A stretch of DNA of 64,000 nt from Patescibacteria group bacterium (lineage in GTDB: Bacteria > Patescibacteriota > Microgenomatia > UBA1400 > PJMF01), in contig BOKX01000001.1 of the NCBI GenBank assembly GCA_016861205.1, positions 328,539 to 392,538 on the forward strand, read 5' to 3'. The notes under the pieces were generated by a model, which did not search any database, was not told the origin of the DNA, and worked only from the letters and a program-made list of their open reading frames with translations. Below are positions 55,563 through 64,000 of the stretch, piece by piece; position 1 is the stretch's first letter, and each line of letters opens with the position of its first letter. A program made the position numbers and the translations under genes.

Positions 55563-55879
55563 CAAAGTATCAAGCAAATAACTTCATGCGTGGTTGGTTC
55601 ATCGGCAATTTTGAACCAAGCCTACTAAAAAGCACTCAGTTTGAAGTTGCATTCAAGGAATACCAAACTGGCGACACAGAAGCCGCTCATACTCATCAGC
55701 TTGCAACCGAGTACACCGTTATCGCCAGTGGCGTCTTCCAGATAAATGATACTATCTGTCGAGCTGGTGATATCATTAAAATAGACGTCCAGGAGGCAGC
55801 TCGCTTTCTCTGCTTGGAGACAGGTACTACCGTGGTAATTAAGACGCCGTCTGTCCCAGGTGATAAGTATCTTATTTAA
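55559..55879 (+). CDS. Small cupin-fold protein, possibly a sugar-nucleotide ketoisomerase/epimerase (FdtA/QdtA-like)
   Basis: ~107 aa, His-containing EAAHTHQLATEYTVIASGVFQI typical of cupin metal/active-site strands. The functional call is contextual. Confidence 0.4.
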   Translation: MTKYQANNFMRGWFIGNFEPSLLKSTQFEVAFKEYQTGDTEAAHTHQLATEYTVIASGVFQINDTICRAGDIIKIDVQEAARFLCLETGTTVVIKTPSVPGDKYLI

Positions 55880-55881
55880 CT

Positions 55882-56619
55882 ATGAAAAAATTAAATATCA
55901 TCATCCCTATGGCCGGCGCCGGTTCACGATTTGCAGATGTCGGTTACAGCTTTCCCAAACCGCTGATCGATGTCAATGGTAAACCAATGATTCAGGTGGT
56001 TGTTGAAAACTTGAAACCAAAGGTACCGCATCGATTCATTTTTATTTGTCGTGATGAACATTACCATAAGTACTCACTCGCCCAAATCTATGCCAACTCA
56101 ACACAGAACAACTACGAATGCGTTCGTATTAACTCGCTTACCGCTGGTGCAGTGTGCACCGTACTGACCGCCACCGACTTTATCAATAACGATGATGACT
56201 TATTGATTGCAAATGCTGATCAAGTTGTCGACATTGATATTAACGAGTACATCGCATTTTCACGAAAAGGCAAACTGGACGGTAGTATTTTAACTTTCAA
56301 CGCTAGCCATCCGAAATGGAGTTATGCCCGGGTTGATAAACACAATTTAGTTTTAGAGACGGTTGAAAAGAAAGCCATCTCACCTCATGCAACAGTTGGA
56401 ATCTATTACTACCGCAAAGGGCGTGATTTTGTTTCGGCCGCTTTCAACATGATTGAGAAAAACATCCGGGTTAACAATGAATTCTACGTCTGCCCAGTCT
56501 ATAACGAGATGATCTTGGCAAACAAAAAAATATCGATTTACCCAATTAAAGTGAGTGAGATGCACGGCCTCGGCACCCCAGAAGATTTAAATCACTACCT
56601 TCAATTGACCCGCCAATGA
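55882..56619 (+). CDS. Sugar-phosphate nucleotidyltransferase (NTP_transferase fold)
   Basis: MKKLNIIIPMAGAGSRFADVGYSFPKPLIDVNGKPMIQ, the G-x-G-(S/T)-R nucleotidyltransferase motif; 245 aa. Confidence 0.65.
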   Translation: MKKLNIIIPMAGAGSRFADVGYSFPKPLIDVNGKPMIQVVVENLKPKVPHRFIFICRDEHYHKYSLAQIYANSTQNNYECVRINSLTAGAVCTVLTATDFINNDDDLLIANADQVVDIDINEYIAFSRKGKLDGSILTFNASHPKWSYARVDKHNLVLETVEKKAISPHATVGIYYYRKGRDFVSAAFNMIEKNIRVNNEFYVCPVYNEMILANKKISIYPIKVSEMHGLGTPEDLNHYLQLTRQ

Positions 56620-57482
56620 GCAAAGCCTGTACTGTCTTAACGCACCGTGGGCTCGAACCTGATGCTGACGTTCAGTACGGTGAGAGCAGTCAGGAAGCTT
56701 TTTTTTCACAGCTCCAGAGAGGCTTTGGGCTCGAGTTTGATTTCAATATAACCCTTGACCAACAGATAGTTTTATTACACGATGCCACCCTGACCAGATT
56801 GAGTCACGGTTCCGACCATCGGCATGTGTCGAGCATATCAAGCCCTGACCTGATGACCTATGATCTGAAACCAGGCCATGTCTGTTTTTGGACAGACTTG
56901 GCTCCACAACTAGCAAAAAGTCCCAGTCGGTACCACGCGTTCCATATAAAGGCTGCCTTTCAAACACCGGCTCTGCTTGATTTACTCGCTCAGACACTGT
57001 CTAACTGGCCTCAACTCTGGTCAAAACTGGTGCTATTTGATCTGTCAGTAGCTGCTGCTCGACAGCTGAAAGCCATGAATAAGCAGTTGCAGGTAATGGC
57101 TTCTGTTTCGCATCAGTTTGACAGGCTGCGTTACAACCAAGCGGTAGGTGGCACACTTCTGGCTGAATCTACTGTCCTCCAATCGGATCACCTGTATTCA
57201 GGTGTCTGGCTCGACGAATGGGATTTGAGTGACCTTGATGGAGCCACTAAGGAGTTCATTACAGCTGATTACATACACACCTGGCAAGGTAGAGGTTACT
57301 TAGTGGGAGTGGTCAGCCCAGAACTGCATGCCACCTCACCCGGCCTATTAGGTCAAGAGGCCCATCCAGATGCCAGTGACCCAGCACGGTGGCGTCGGCG
57401 GTTGGCAAAAATCCTGGCTGGACGACCTGATATGATTTGCACGGATCATCCAGAGTATGTTCGACAACAACTTGGTGCCTGA
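56616..57482 (+). CDS. Glycerophosphodiester phosphodiesterase (GDPD)-like protein
   Basis: LTHRG...E.....LEFDFNITLDQQIVLLHDATLTRL matches the GDPD motifs HRG / E.D / HD. Confidence 0.5.
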   Translation: MSKACTVLTHRGLEPDADVQYGESSQEAFFSQLQRGFGLEFDFNITLDQQIVLLHDATLTRLSHGSDHRHVSSISSPDLMTYDLKPGHVCFWTDLAPQLAKSPSRYHAFHIKAAFQTPALLDLLAQTLSNWPQLWSKLVLFDLSVAAARQLKAMNKQLQVMASVSHQFDRLRYNQAVGGTLLAESTVLQSDHLYSGVWLDEWDLSDLDGATKEFITADYIHTWQGRGYLVGVVSPELHATSPGLLGQEAHPDASDPARWRRRLAKILAGRPDMICTDHPEYVRQQLGA

Positions 57483-57485
57483 TAT

Positions 57486-58553
57486 ATGCGTGTAGCTTTT
57501 TATAAACTTGGACTTCAAAATCCAAATGTCAAAAAAATATTTGGCAGCATGTACCAAAGTTTTTTTGATGCCTTAAATCAATTGCCAGGCTTCACCGCCG
57601 AACTGGTCTTTGACCGCCTTCAGCTTCGCCAGTATGACCTAGTTGTGTTACCCATGGGGGATGGCCAAGAGGCGGATAGTTTGCGCGCCCTTCAGACTTT
57701 TGGTGGTCCAGCAATCCTGTATGTACCACCAGCTTCTGTTTGGTTTAAAAAGAAACTGCTCCACCGATGGTCATCAAGAATCATCTTCGCGTATGGCACT
57801 GATGTCTCAGGCCGGACCCAAAGTTGCTACCAAGACATCGGGATACCATTCCTCCACCTGCCCCTAGCTTCTGATCCCAGCGTTTTCAAACCATTGCGGC
57901 TTGCCAAAAAATGGGATGTCCTGTTCATCGGCAACCGCACGAGTGGTCGGGGTCGTGGTGAGTTTATCTCCAAGTTAGTAACCACCGCTCTTGAACGTGG
58001 TTGGCAGCTCAAGCTGTTGGGCACGGGCTGGGAAGAGTTTGGTTTCCCACCTAAGCTAGTTTCACATGGCCCAGCTCTGAATAGACTCTACAACCAAACC
58101 AAAGTTTGTGTCAATATTTCTAACCTAGAACAACTACAAGGTAAAAATCGCTGTCTTGATGCTAACAACCGCCTCTTTGACGTTGCCCTGGCTGGTGCGT
58201 GCCAAGTCAGCAATGGCCCGGAGTTGGTACAGCACTACTTTAGTAATGATGAAGTGCTAGCCGCAACCACCCCAGAACTCTGGATCAAGAAGATCGCCAA
58301 CTGTCTTCAACAGCCTGATTTGCGCTCAAAAATCGGTCGCGCGGCTCGGCGCAAAGCCCTAGCTGATCATTGTTGGTCAAATCGAGCTGAACTACTGATG
58401 CATACAATTAGTGCAAACTGGTCTTCGGAAATAAATAGTACTTTTCAGCCACTGACGGCACAGCATTATCTGGACATGTACGCACCTCCCGTTGACTACT
58501 ATATGCGACTCATTCGTTTAAGTATTAGAAAGTATGGCCATGCTTCTTCATAA
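57486..58553 (+). CDS. CgeB-like (DUF3880 / Glyco_trans_1_2) putative glycosyltransferase
   Basis: C-terminal region ...AATTPELWIKKIANCLQQPDLRSKIGRAARRKALADHCWSNRAELL resembles the CgeB C-terminus; paralogous to 60270..61352. Confidence 0.45.
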   Translation: MRVAFYKLGLQNPNVKKIFGSMYQSFFDALNQLPGFTAELVFDRLQLRQYDLVVLPMGDGQEADSLRALQTFGGPAILYVPPASVWFKKKLLHRWSSRIIFAYGTDVSGRTQSCYQDIGIPFLHLPLASDPSVFKPLRLAKKWDVLFIGNRTSGRGRGEFISKLVTTALERGWQLKLLGTGWEEFGFPPKLVSHGPALNRLYNQTKVCVNISNLEQLQGKNRCLDANNRLFDVALAGACQVSNGPELVQHYFSNDEVLAATTPELWIKKIANCLQQPDLRSKIGRAARRKALADHCWSNRAELLMHTISANWSSEINSTFQPLTAQHYLDMYAPPVDYYMRLIRLSIRKYGHASS

Positions 58554-59349
58554 AACCAATATCGACCAGTTAGTTAAAACAAAAATTTCGGGCAAAGTGG
58601 CTCGTGTCGGTGGTAGTGTTGATCAGCTAGTGTCGTACCAAGACTGCAGCATACAGGACTTTGATGTCCAAAACGGTGGGTATGGTGATATTCGACAGCT
58701 CTCGGGTATCAAAGACATTAAAAGCAGCTGGCTGACAGCTGTTCGGCAAACTTGGCAGGAACTCCGGCACATTCGTTATGGAGATCGAGTCAGACTAGAT
58801 AGAAATACCAAAGTACTGGATATCTTAGACGCCCATAAGCATCCCGAACTGCAGCATCGATATGACGCATGCATCACATCAAATGTGATTGAACATAGCC
58901 CCAATCCCATCTTCATGTTGCTAAATTACTACTTTTTAACCAAAATTGACGGGTGGCAATTTCATGCGATTCCACACTACAAATACACTTTCGATGTTTT
59001 TCGCCAGCCAACCCTCATTGATCACTTTTTAGTTGACTTCGAACAGCACACGGGTCCCGACGACTTGACGCATAATGCCGATTACTACAACTCTGCTGTC
59101 ATCAAGCACGGATACAAGCGCAGGTATCATCTTCACTATCCTGTTGCGTATCCCTATATTCATTTTCATGTTTTTGACGAGAAAAACGTCAGACAGCTCT
59201 TCTCAACTTTGTTTGAAGAGGTAACGGTTGATGTACTTCGAACGACACAGTTCTCTGACGTGGTCGTGTTAGCTAAAAATCGATTGAGACCAAGCTTTGT
59301 CAAAAAACACGCTGCCCTCATCGAGAGCTACTCGGCAAACTTCCTTTAG
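58534..59349 (+). CDS. Putative SAM-dependent methyltransferase-like protein
   Basis: ITSNVIEHSPNPIFML resembles the Methyltransf_11/23 motif (d.v.c..vlEHv.dp). Weak. Confidence 0.35.
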   Translation: MAMLLHKTNIDQLVKTKISGKVARVGGSVDQLVSYQDCSIQDFDVQNGGYGDIRQLSGIKDIKSSWLTAVRQTWQELRHIRYGDRVRLDRNTKVLDILDAHKHPELQHRYDACITSNVIEHSPNPIFMLLNYYFLTKIDGWQFHAIPHYKYTFDVFRQPTLIDHFLVDFEQHTGPDDLTHNADYYNSAVIKHGYKRRYHLHYPVAYPYIHFHVFDEKNVRQLFSTLFEEVTVDVLRTTQFSDVVVLAKNRLRPSFVKKHAALIESYSANFL

Positions 59350-60265
59350 CACAGAAAAAAAGATTCAAAAGCAGTAGCTTGACTACGTACCAATAAAAAT
59401 AACGGACATCCCACCATGTGCAGCCTGATCTACGTCGCAACATACTCCCGAGCAACACAACTTGTTGGATTGTCGTGAAGGCAAAGAGCTTATCAGGTTT
59501 GACTTGTGCCGGATTCAAGAATTGGGCCAAGGCCCGGGCATCAGCGAGTGTTAACTCAATTCCCAGTTTCGAGTACTCACGTTGATACAGAGCTGGTAAT
59601 ACTCGGGTAATAGTAGTAGTTGACCGAGCACTGGTACTTTCGCGGTGCAAACGATACTTAGTTAAATACTCTGGCACTAAAGCAACCTGACCGTGTTGAA
59701 GGGCTCTGAAACAAAAGTCGTAGTCTTCAGCTGGTTCAAACTCTGGTTGATAACCCAACCCGTAGGTAGCAACCAAACTTCGCCGAAATGTCAGCGATGA
59801 ATGCACCACCGGGAATTGAAGGTAAAACTGGGCTCTGAGCTGCTTGGGCCGAGCGGGAAACCGCCACCAAGCCAGGTGTTGACTGTCTGCATCGATGACC
59901 TCTGCCCAACTCCCAACCATCTGAATCGACTCATTATCACGAAGTAGGTCGAGCTGCTTTTCCAACCGGCTCGGCATAGCAATGTCATCAGCATCGAGAA
60001 TAGCTAAAAATTGACCCTTGGCTAACGCCACTGCTCGGTTGCGATTCCCAGCCAACCCTAATCTTTGTGCGTTGGTATGGAGATGGATACGTTGATCTTG
60101 ATTCGCAGCCTGACGGACAACTTCTCTGGTACCATCATCTGACGCATCATCAATGATGATCAGTTCCCAATCTGCAATGGTTTGGGCTTGTACACTCTTT
60201 ATGGAATCGAGAATGTACTGTTGCGCATTACAAGCTGGCATGAGGATTGAAATCAATGGTGGCAT
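59318..60265 (-). CDS. GT2 (GT-A) glycosyltransferase
   Basis: ISILMPACNAQQYILDSIKSVQAQT...IIIDDASDDGT...LDADD. Confidence 0.8.
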   Translation of the reverse strand: MPPLISILMPACNAQQYILDSIKSVQAQTIADWELIIIDDASDDGTREVVRQAANQDQRIHLHTNAQRLGLAGNRNRAVALAKGQFLAILDADDIAMPSRLEKQLDLLRDNESIQMVGSWAEVIDADSQHLAWWRFPARPKQLRAQFYLQFPVVHSSLTFRRSLVATYGLGYQPEFEPAEDYDFCFRALQHGQVALVPEYLTKYRLHRESTSARSTTTITRVLPALYQREYSKLGIELTLADARALAQFLNPAQVKPDKLFAFTTIQQVVLLGSMLRRRSGCTWWDVRYFYWYVVKLLLLNLFFCAKGSLPSSSR

Positions 60266-60269
60266 ACGA

Positions 60270-61352
60270 TTATCTCAGTCCTATTTGTTTAAAAAGCTCC
60301 GCAAATCGTCGCTGATAGGTGTGCCGTCGATGGGCAGCCAGATAACCATGGTCGGCACAGTCCTGACGTTCACCTTCATGTGCCAGATAATAACGAATTC
60401 TCTCTGCTAAATCTGATAGAGAGTCGTAGCAAACGAGATCTTCACCAATCGTAAAATAGTCAGCCAAATGCGGTACATTGTAAGTCAATAAAAAAGCTCC
60501 GCAGCCAGTGACCTCAAAAAAGCGGGCTTTAATGTCCTCTTGTCGTTTTCGTGAGAAAAGTGTGTCGTACAAACCAGGCATTATCGTGGTAACGGCATCT
60601 TTCCAACCTCGATGTAATTGGGGAGTATGAATCTGAGTCACATATGGCCAGTACCATTGGGTTGAGTTTGACAGGTTAATGACAATTTTCGCTTGATTAT
60701 AAATACTCACCATTTCTTGAGTAGTCACCCGACCATGTGGCCAACCTTGACCAAAACATGTCACATCGATACCCTGCTTGGACAAGTAGGAAATCACATA
60801 CGATCGCCACGGTGAAATTCCGCCCACAAAAACCACGGGGTATTTTTGGACTAATCGTTTTCGCTTAAAAACAGTTGGATCGTGGGCCCACTGTGACACA
60901 ACTGCCTGTTGATAGCCGATGCTCTGATACTTCATCTTTGCATCCGGATCAGTTGTGACCACGTAATCAAAATGAGGTGCCTGAAACTGCGAGTACTGAG
61001 ACCACCGCCACTTATCATCAGCCATCCAGGCGAGCGAGGTAGCTCGGCTATTCTTTTTCTTGAGCGCGTCAAGGCACTGTGCTGAAAATTGATGTTCTGA
61101 AGGAAAAGTAAAAATAAGATCAAACTGCCGTTTTTCTAAGACTTTCATCAAACCTACGTGAACGCCTGTCTGCCCACCTTGACGGTAAGCGGTACCGTAG
61201 TCAAAAAGACTCACTTGATGTCCCATTTTTTTGAAACCCAGAAAAAAAGTGTCATACTCAAACGAGGATCCTCTGGCTGGGTCACCGTAATCATAACGTT
61301 GGAGGTTAGCTAAAATTTTCAGCTTTGAGGCCATGGCAAAATTATAGCGCAC
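60270..61352 (-). CDS. CgeB-like (DUF3880 / Glyco_trans_1_2) putative glycosyltransferase
   Basis: C-terminal ...GCGAFLLTYNVPHLADYFTIGEDLVCYDSLSDLAERIRYYLAHEGERQDCADHGYLAAHRRHTYQRRFAELF matches the CgeB family C-terminal pattern. Confidence 0.5.
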   Translation of the reverse strand: MRYNFAMASKLKILANLQRYDYGDPARGSSFEYDTFFLGFKKMGHQVSLFDYGTAYRQGGQTGVHVGLMKVLEKRQFDLIFTFPSEHQFSAQCLDALKKKNSRATSLAWMADDKWRWSQYSQFQAPHFDYVVTTDPDAKMKYQSIGYQQAVVSQWAHDPTVFKRKRLVQKYPVVFVGGISPWRSYVISYLSKQGIDVTCFGQGWPHGRVTTQEMVSIYNQAKIVINLSNSTQWYWPYVTQIHTPQLHRGWKDAVTTIMPGLYDTLFSRKRQEDIKARFFEVTGCGAFLLTYNVPHLADYFTIGEDLVCYDSLSDLAERIRYYLAHEGERQDCADHGYLAAHRRHTYQRRFAELFKQIGLR

Positions 61353-61378
61353 TCGGCTCTGACTTGACTAAGTGATTC

Positions 61379-62407
61379 TTGACTGGCATGCTATCGTCCA
61401 TGGGTAACATCAGAGAACAGTTTTTTCATCTGTACCGTTGGTTTGAACTATTTCGAGGTACCAAAACCCATTTTTTAACCTACCATCAAAGGCCGCACAA
61501 CACTACCGACATCAATGTTTTTTCAGATGCCATCCGTCATCAACCCAAAACCGCAATTGTGCTCCAGGGTCCTATTGTCCATCACCGTGATTTCACCCTG
61601 CAAACTATTCAGCTCTACCACCGTCTATTTCCTGACTGCGAAATCATCCTGGCTACCTGGCAAACCGAAGATCAAGACTATCTGAAGTTATTTGACCTAC
61701 CAAAGACACATATCATTTTAAGTCAGCCGCCAAAACTAGCTGGGGTAGCCAATATCAACTACCAGCTCATTTCAAGTCAGGCAGGCACACAACTCGCACA
61801 AGATATTGGTTGTCAATACGTCCTAAAAACCAGAACCGACCAGCGCATGTACGCCCCCAATGTCATGGAGTTTCTCCTGCAAACTGTCCGTCACTTTGCT
61901 ATCCACCCTAAATATAAACCCCACCAGCGGATTGTCAGCATGAGCTTGAACAGTTTTAAATATCGATTGTACAGTTTATCTGACATGTTCATTTTTGGGC
62001 GGACGGATGACGTACTGCTCTACTTTTCAGCACCACTCGACACTCGCCGACGACCAAAAGCTGTCACCTCACTGCGTGATGTTTCTAAACAGAATTTTTG
62101 TGAAGTGTACTTAGCGACTCACTACTTGAAAGCAATTGGCTTCAAAGTCACTTGGAGTCTCCGCAATTCTTGGCAAGCACTGGCCGATTGCTTTGCGATT
62201 ATTGATAGCGAGTCATTAGATTTGTTTTGGCCAAAGTACCAACAGTGGCTTGAGTACCGATACCGAACATATGATCAGTTGTTAAACAAACAAACCCTTG
62301 ATTACAAAGAGTGGTTTATTATCTATACTGCCTTATCGAATAAAGCTGTAATACCAGAAAGAACGCTGGATTATTCGTTCGATCATCCAGTAGTACCGCA
62401 AAAATGA
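61379..62407 (+). CDS. Hypothetical glycan-biosynthesis protein (possibly WavE-like)
   Basis: 342 aa, no TM, no motif I can name with certainty. The WavE resemblance is from pattern memory only. Confidence 0.3.
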   Translation: MTGMLSSMGNIREQFFHLYRWFELFRGTKTHFLTYHQRPHNTTDINVFSDAIRHQPKTAIVLQGPIVHHRDFTLQTIQLYHRLFPDCEIILATWQTEDQDYLKLFDLPKTHIILSQPPKLAGVANINYQLISSQAGTQLAQDIGCQYVLKTRTDQRMYAPNVMEFLLQTVRHFAIHPKYKPHQRIVSMSLNSFKYRLYSLSDMFIFGRTDDVLLYFSAPLDTRRRPKAVTSLRDVSKQNFCEVYLATHYLKAIGFKVTWSLRNSWQALADCFAIIDSESLDLFWPKYQQWLEYRYRTYDQLLNKQTLDYKEWFIIYTALSNKAVIPERTLDYSFDHPVVPQK

Positions 62408-63345
62408 TAGTCACCATCCTTACCATTTTAATTGACTACGCCTGGACAGCTGTGGCTACCATCTACGTACAACTTGCCCCACCAACTCACAACCACCGTA
62501 GAGAAATCAAACAGCTGCGAGCCGCGGTCACCAAACTGAGGCTACGTAAACCAGCCCGCACTCAGACTGCACTGGAAACCTGGCACACCAATTTATACAT
62601 CTTGGGTCAAGAAATTTTGACGCGCGACCCACGGACGTTTTTAACTTGGTCAGTCATCAAAAACACGATGTTTGCTGGACATTCACCTGGAATTGCCACT
62701 GAACTGGCAACTTTAAGCGAAGCTGGCTGGTTAAGCAAAGCCCGGGAAAGTCAGGTCGGTTTGCCAACCCCATACCCCTTTTGCTGGTCAAGCAGTAGCA
62801 ACACGCTCCACCTAACATACCATCTGCTGCAACTCAAAAAAAAGCTGCAGACACCTATTGAGTCATTTCAAGTGGTTGTGGAGTTTGGCGGCGGTTATGG
62901 TAATCTGTGCCGATTAGCTAACCATCATGGGTTTCAGGGTGTGTATATCATCTATGACTTCCCACTCTTGTCAGCGTTGCAGTATTTTTATCTGACACTC
63001 AATGGTTTCTCAGTTAGCCAGTCAGTCGAAAAGTCTGCCCCAATTTACTGTTTAAGTGACTGGCGCTCAGTCGACACGATTCTGAAGCGCTCACAGAAGG
63101 CAGACCGACGGCTATTTGTGGGTACTTGGTCACTCAGCGAGGCCCCGCTAGCGGACCGGCTCAAAGCCTGGCCAAGCTTGAAGAAATGCACTCACTTTCT
63201 CATTGCATTTCAGCGCACTTTCGGCGAAGTTGATAACTTGCAGTACTTCAAGCAGTTAAAAAGTCGCCTTCATCTTAAAAAAGGCCATATTTCACCGATA
63301 ACACATCTGTCCGGCAGTTACTATTTGTTTGCGCAAAAAGACTAG
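62404..63345 (+). CDS. Putative SAM-dependent (sugar O-)methyltransferase
   Basis: VVVEFGGGYGNLCRLA is a motif-I-like E/DxGxGxG; downstream IIYDFP looks like the acidic beta-2 end. Confidence 0.4.
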   Translation: MIVTILTILIDYAWTAVATIYVQLAPPTHNHRREIKQLRAAVTKLRLRKPARTQTALETWHTNLYILGQEILTRDPRTFLTWSVIKNTMFAGHSPGIATELATLSEAGWLSKARESQVGLPTPYPFCWSSSSNTLHLTYHLLQLKKKLQTPIESFQVVVEFGGGYGNLCRLANHHGFQGVYIIYDFPLLSALQYFYLTLNGFSVSQSVEKSAPIYCLSDWRSVDTILKRSQKADRRLFVGTWSLSEAPLADRLKAWPSLKKCTHFLIAFQRTFGEVDNLQYFKQLKSRLHLKKGHISPITHLSGSYYLFAQKD

Positions 63346-63368
63346 TTGAGCCTTAAATATGCGGCCTA

Positions 63369-64000
63369 AAATCCTTTTCTCAGCCTACGCCTTCTACCCT
63401 AGTTTTGGTGGTCTAGAGCAACAGATATACCTCCTTGGACAAACATACCTGCGAGCGGGCTATCAAGTTGATGTCCTGACGGAAAAGACTGCCCCCGAAC
63501 TACCCGCTTACGAGGTGATTGACGGCATCAACGTGTATAGGATGCCGTATCAGCATCACCGAACACCTTGGTCGTACTTAGTGTTAGGCTACCACTTACT
63601 CCGCTTTCAGCTGTTACATGGCAGAAGGTATCAGCTTATGATTCTGAGAGCTGCTCTCACGTTCTATCCACTGATGTTCGGCGTGGGCAAGTGGTTGCAT
63701 CTCTATGACTGTCCAACCTTTGTGACAGCCGACACTGGTGGCACACAAGATGAAATCATTCGCGTCAAAAACTGGCCACTACACAAATTATTACTCTTTT
63801 TCTTCAACCAGCACACGGTGCTCAATAGTGCCTGCCAAGATAACTATCGGCATTATTTGGAGCTAGGTTTTCCACCATCTAAGTTAACTCAGATCGGTAA
63901 TGGTATTGATATTACTCCTTTTAATAAGGCTAAGTACCCTACTCGGGTCACAACTTTTCTCTTCTTGGCAAGGTTAATTAAAGAAAAAGGTATACGAGAA
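63369..64000 (+). CDS. GT4 (GT-B) glycosyltransferase, N-terminal part (runs off the window)
   Basis: MRPKILFSAYAFYPSFGGLEQQIYLLGQTYLRAGYQVDVLTEKT, the typical GT4 N-terminal domain. Confidence 0.65.

Noticed and set aside
1-64000. Searched for tRNA, rRNA, CRISPR repeats, integrase/transposase genes and prophage signatures
   Set aside because: No cloverleaf-compatible tRNA-like sequences in the few intergenic gaps longer than 100 nt, no direct-repeat arrays, and no recombinase- or transposase-like ORFs. The window appears to be core chromosome plus a surface-glycan locus.

Overview
This 64-kb window looks like a compact, gene-dense bacterial chromosome segment of Gram-positive/Terrabacteria or CPR-like type. 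The assignment rests on a type-2 IleRS, an alpha2-type GlyRS, DUF4012, T-box riboswitches and roughly 50% GC. Almost every gene from position 1 to about 48.45 kb is on the minus strand; after that most genes are on the plus strand. I support the following. (1) A partial SEDS (RodA-like) gene at the window edge that is missing from the ORF track, followed by ileS. (2) An unusual three-gene block sitting in the ftsZ-to-ileS synteny slot: a 316-aa coiled-coil protein with a TIR/NDT-like nucleotide-binding N-terminal domain, then two tandem paralogous unknowns. The paralogs are preceded by what I read as an isoleucine-specific T-box riboswitch with an ultrashort stem I, and they are translationally coupled to ileS. 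(3) A full dcw cluster (mraZ, rsmH, ftsL, ftsI, Mur ligase, yvcK-like, murC-murB fusion, murA, mraY, ftsW, murG, ftsQ, ftsA, ftsZ) with a candidate MraZ operator. murD, murF and ddl are missing from the cluster. (4) glyQS with a canonical glycine T-box leader, then recO and a DUF4012-like envelope protein. (5) A cell-surface glycan biosynthesis super-locus of more than 35 kb. It contains a PglC-like initiating phosphotransferase, manC, many GT4/GT2/CgeB-like glycosyltransferases and a Wzy_C-type ligase/polymerase. It also has a Wzx flippase, two GT-C (ArnT/PMT-like) enzymes flanking a UDP-glucuronate decarboxylase, and a Wzm/Wzt ABC exporter followed by a Zn-ribbon methyltransferase. An aminosugar module (DegT aminotransferase, LbH acetyltransferase, cupin) and a HAD/NTP-transferase/GDPD group are also present. 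The locus is interrupted by ruvC-ruvA-ruvB. I found no rRNA, tRNA, CRISPR array or obvious mobile element. Several ORF-track starts use TTG/GTG, and I adjusted some starts.
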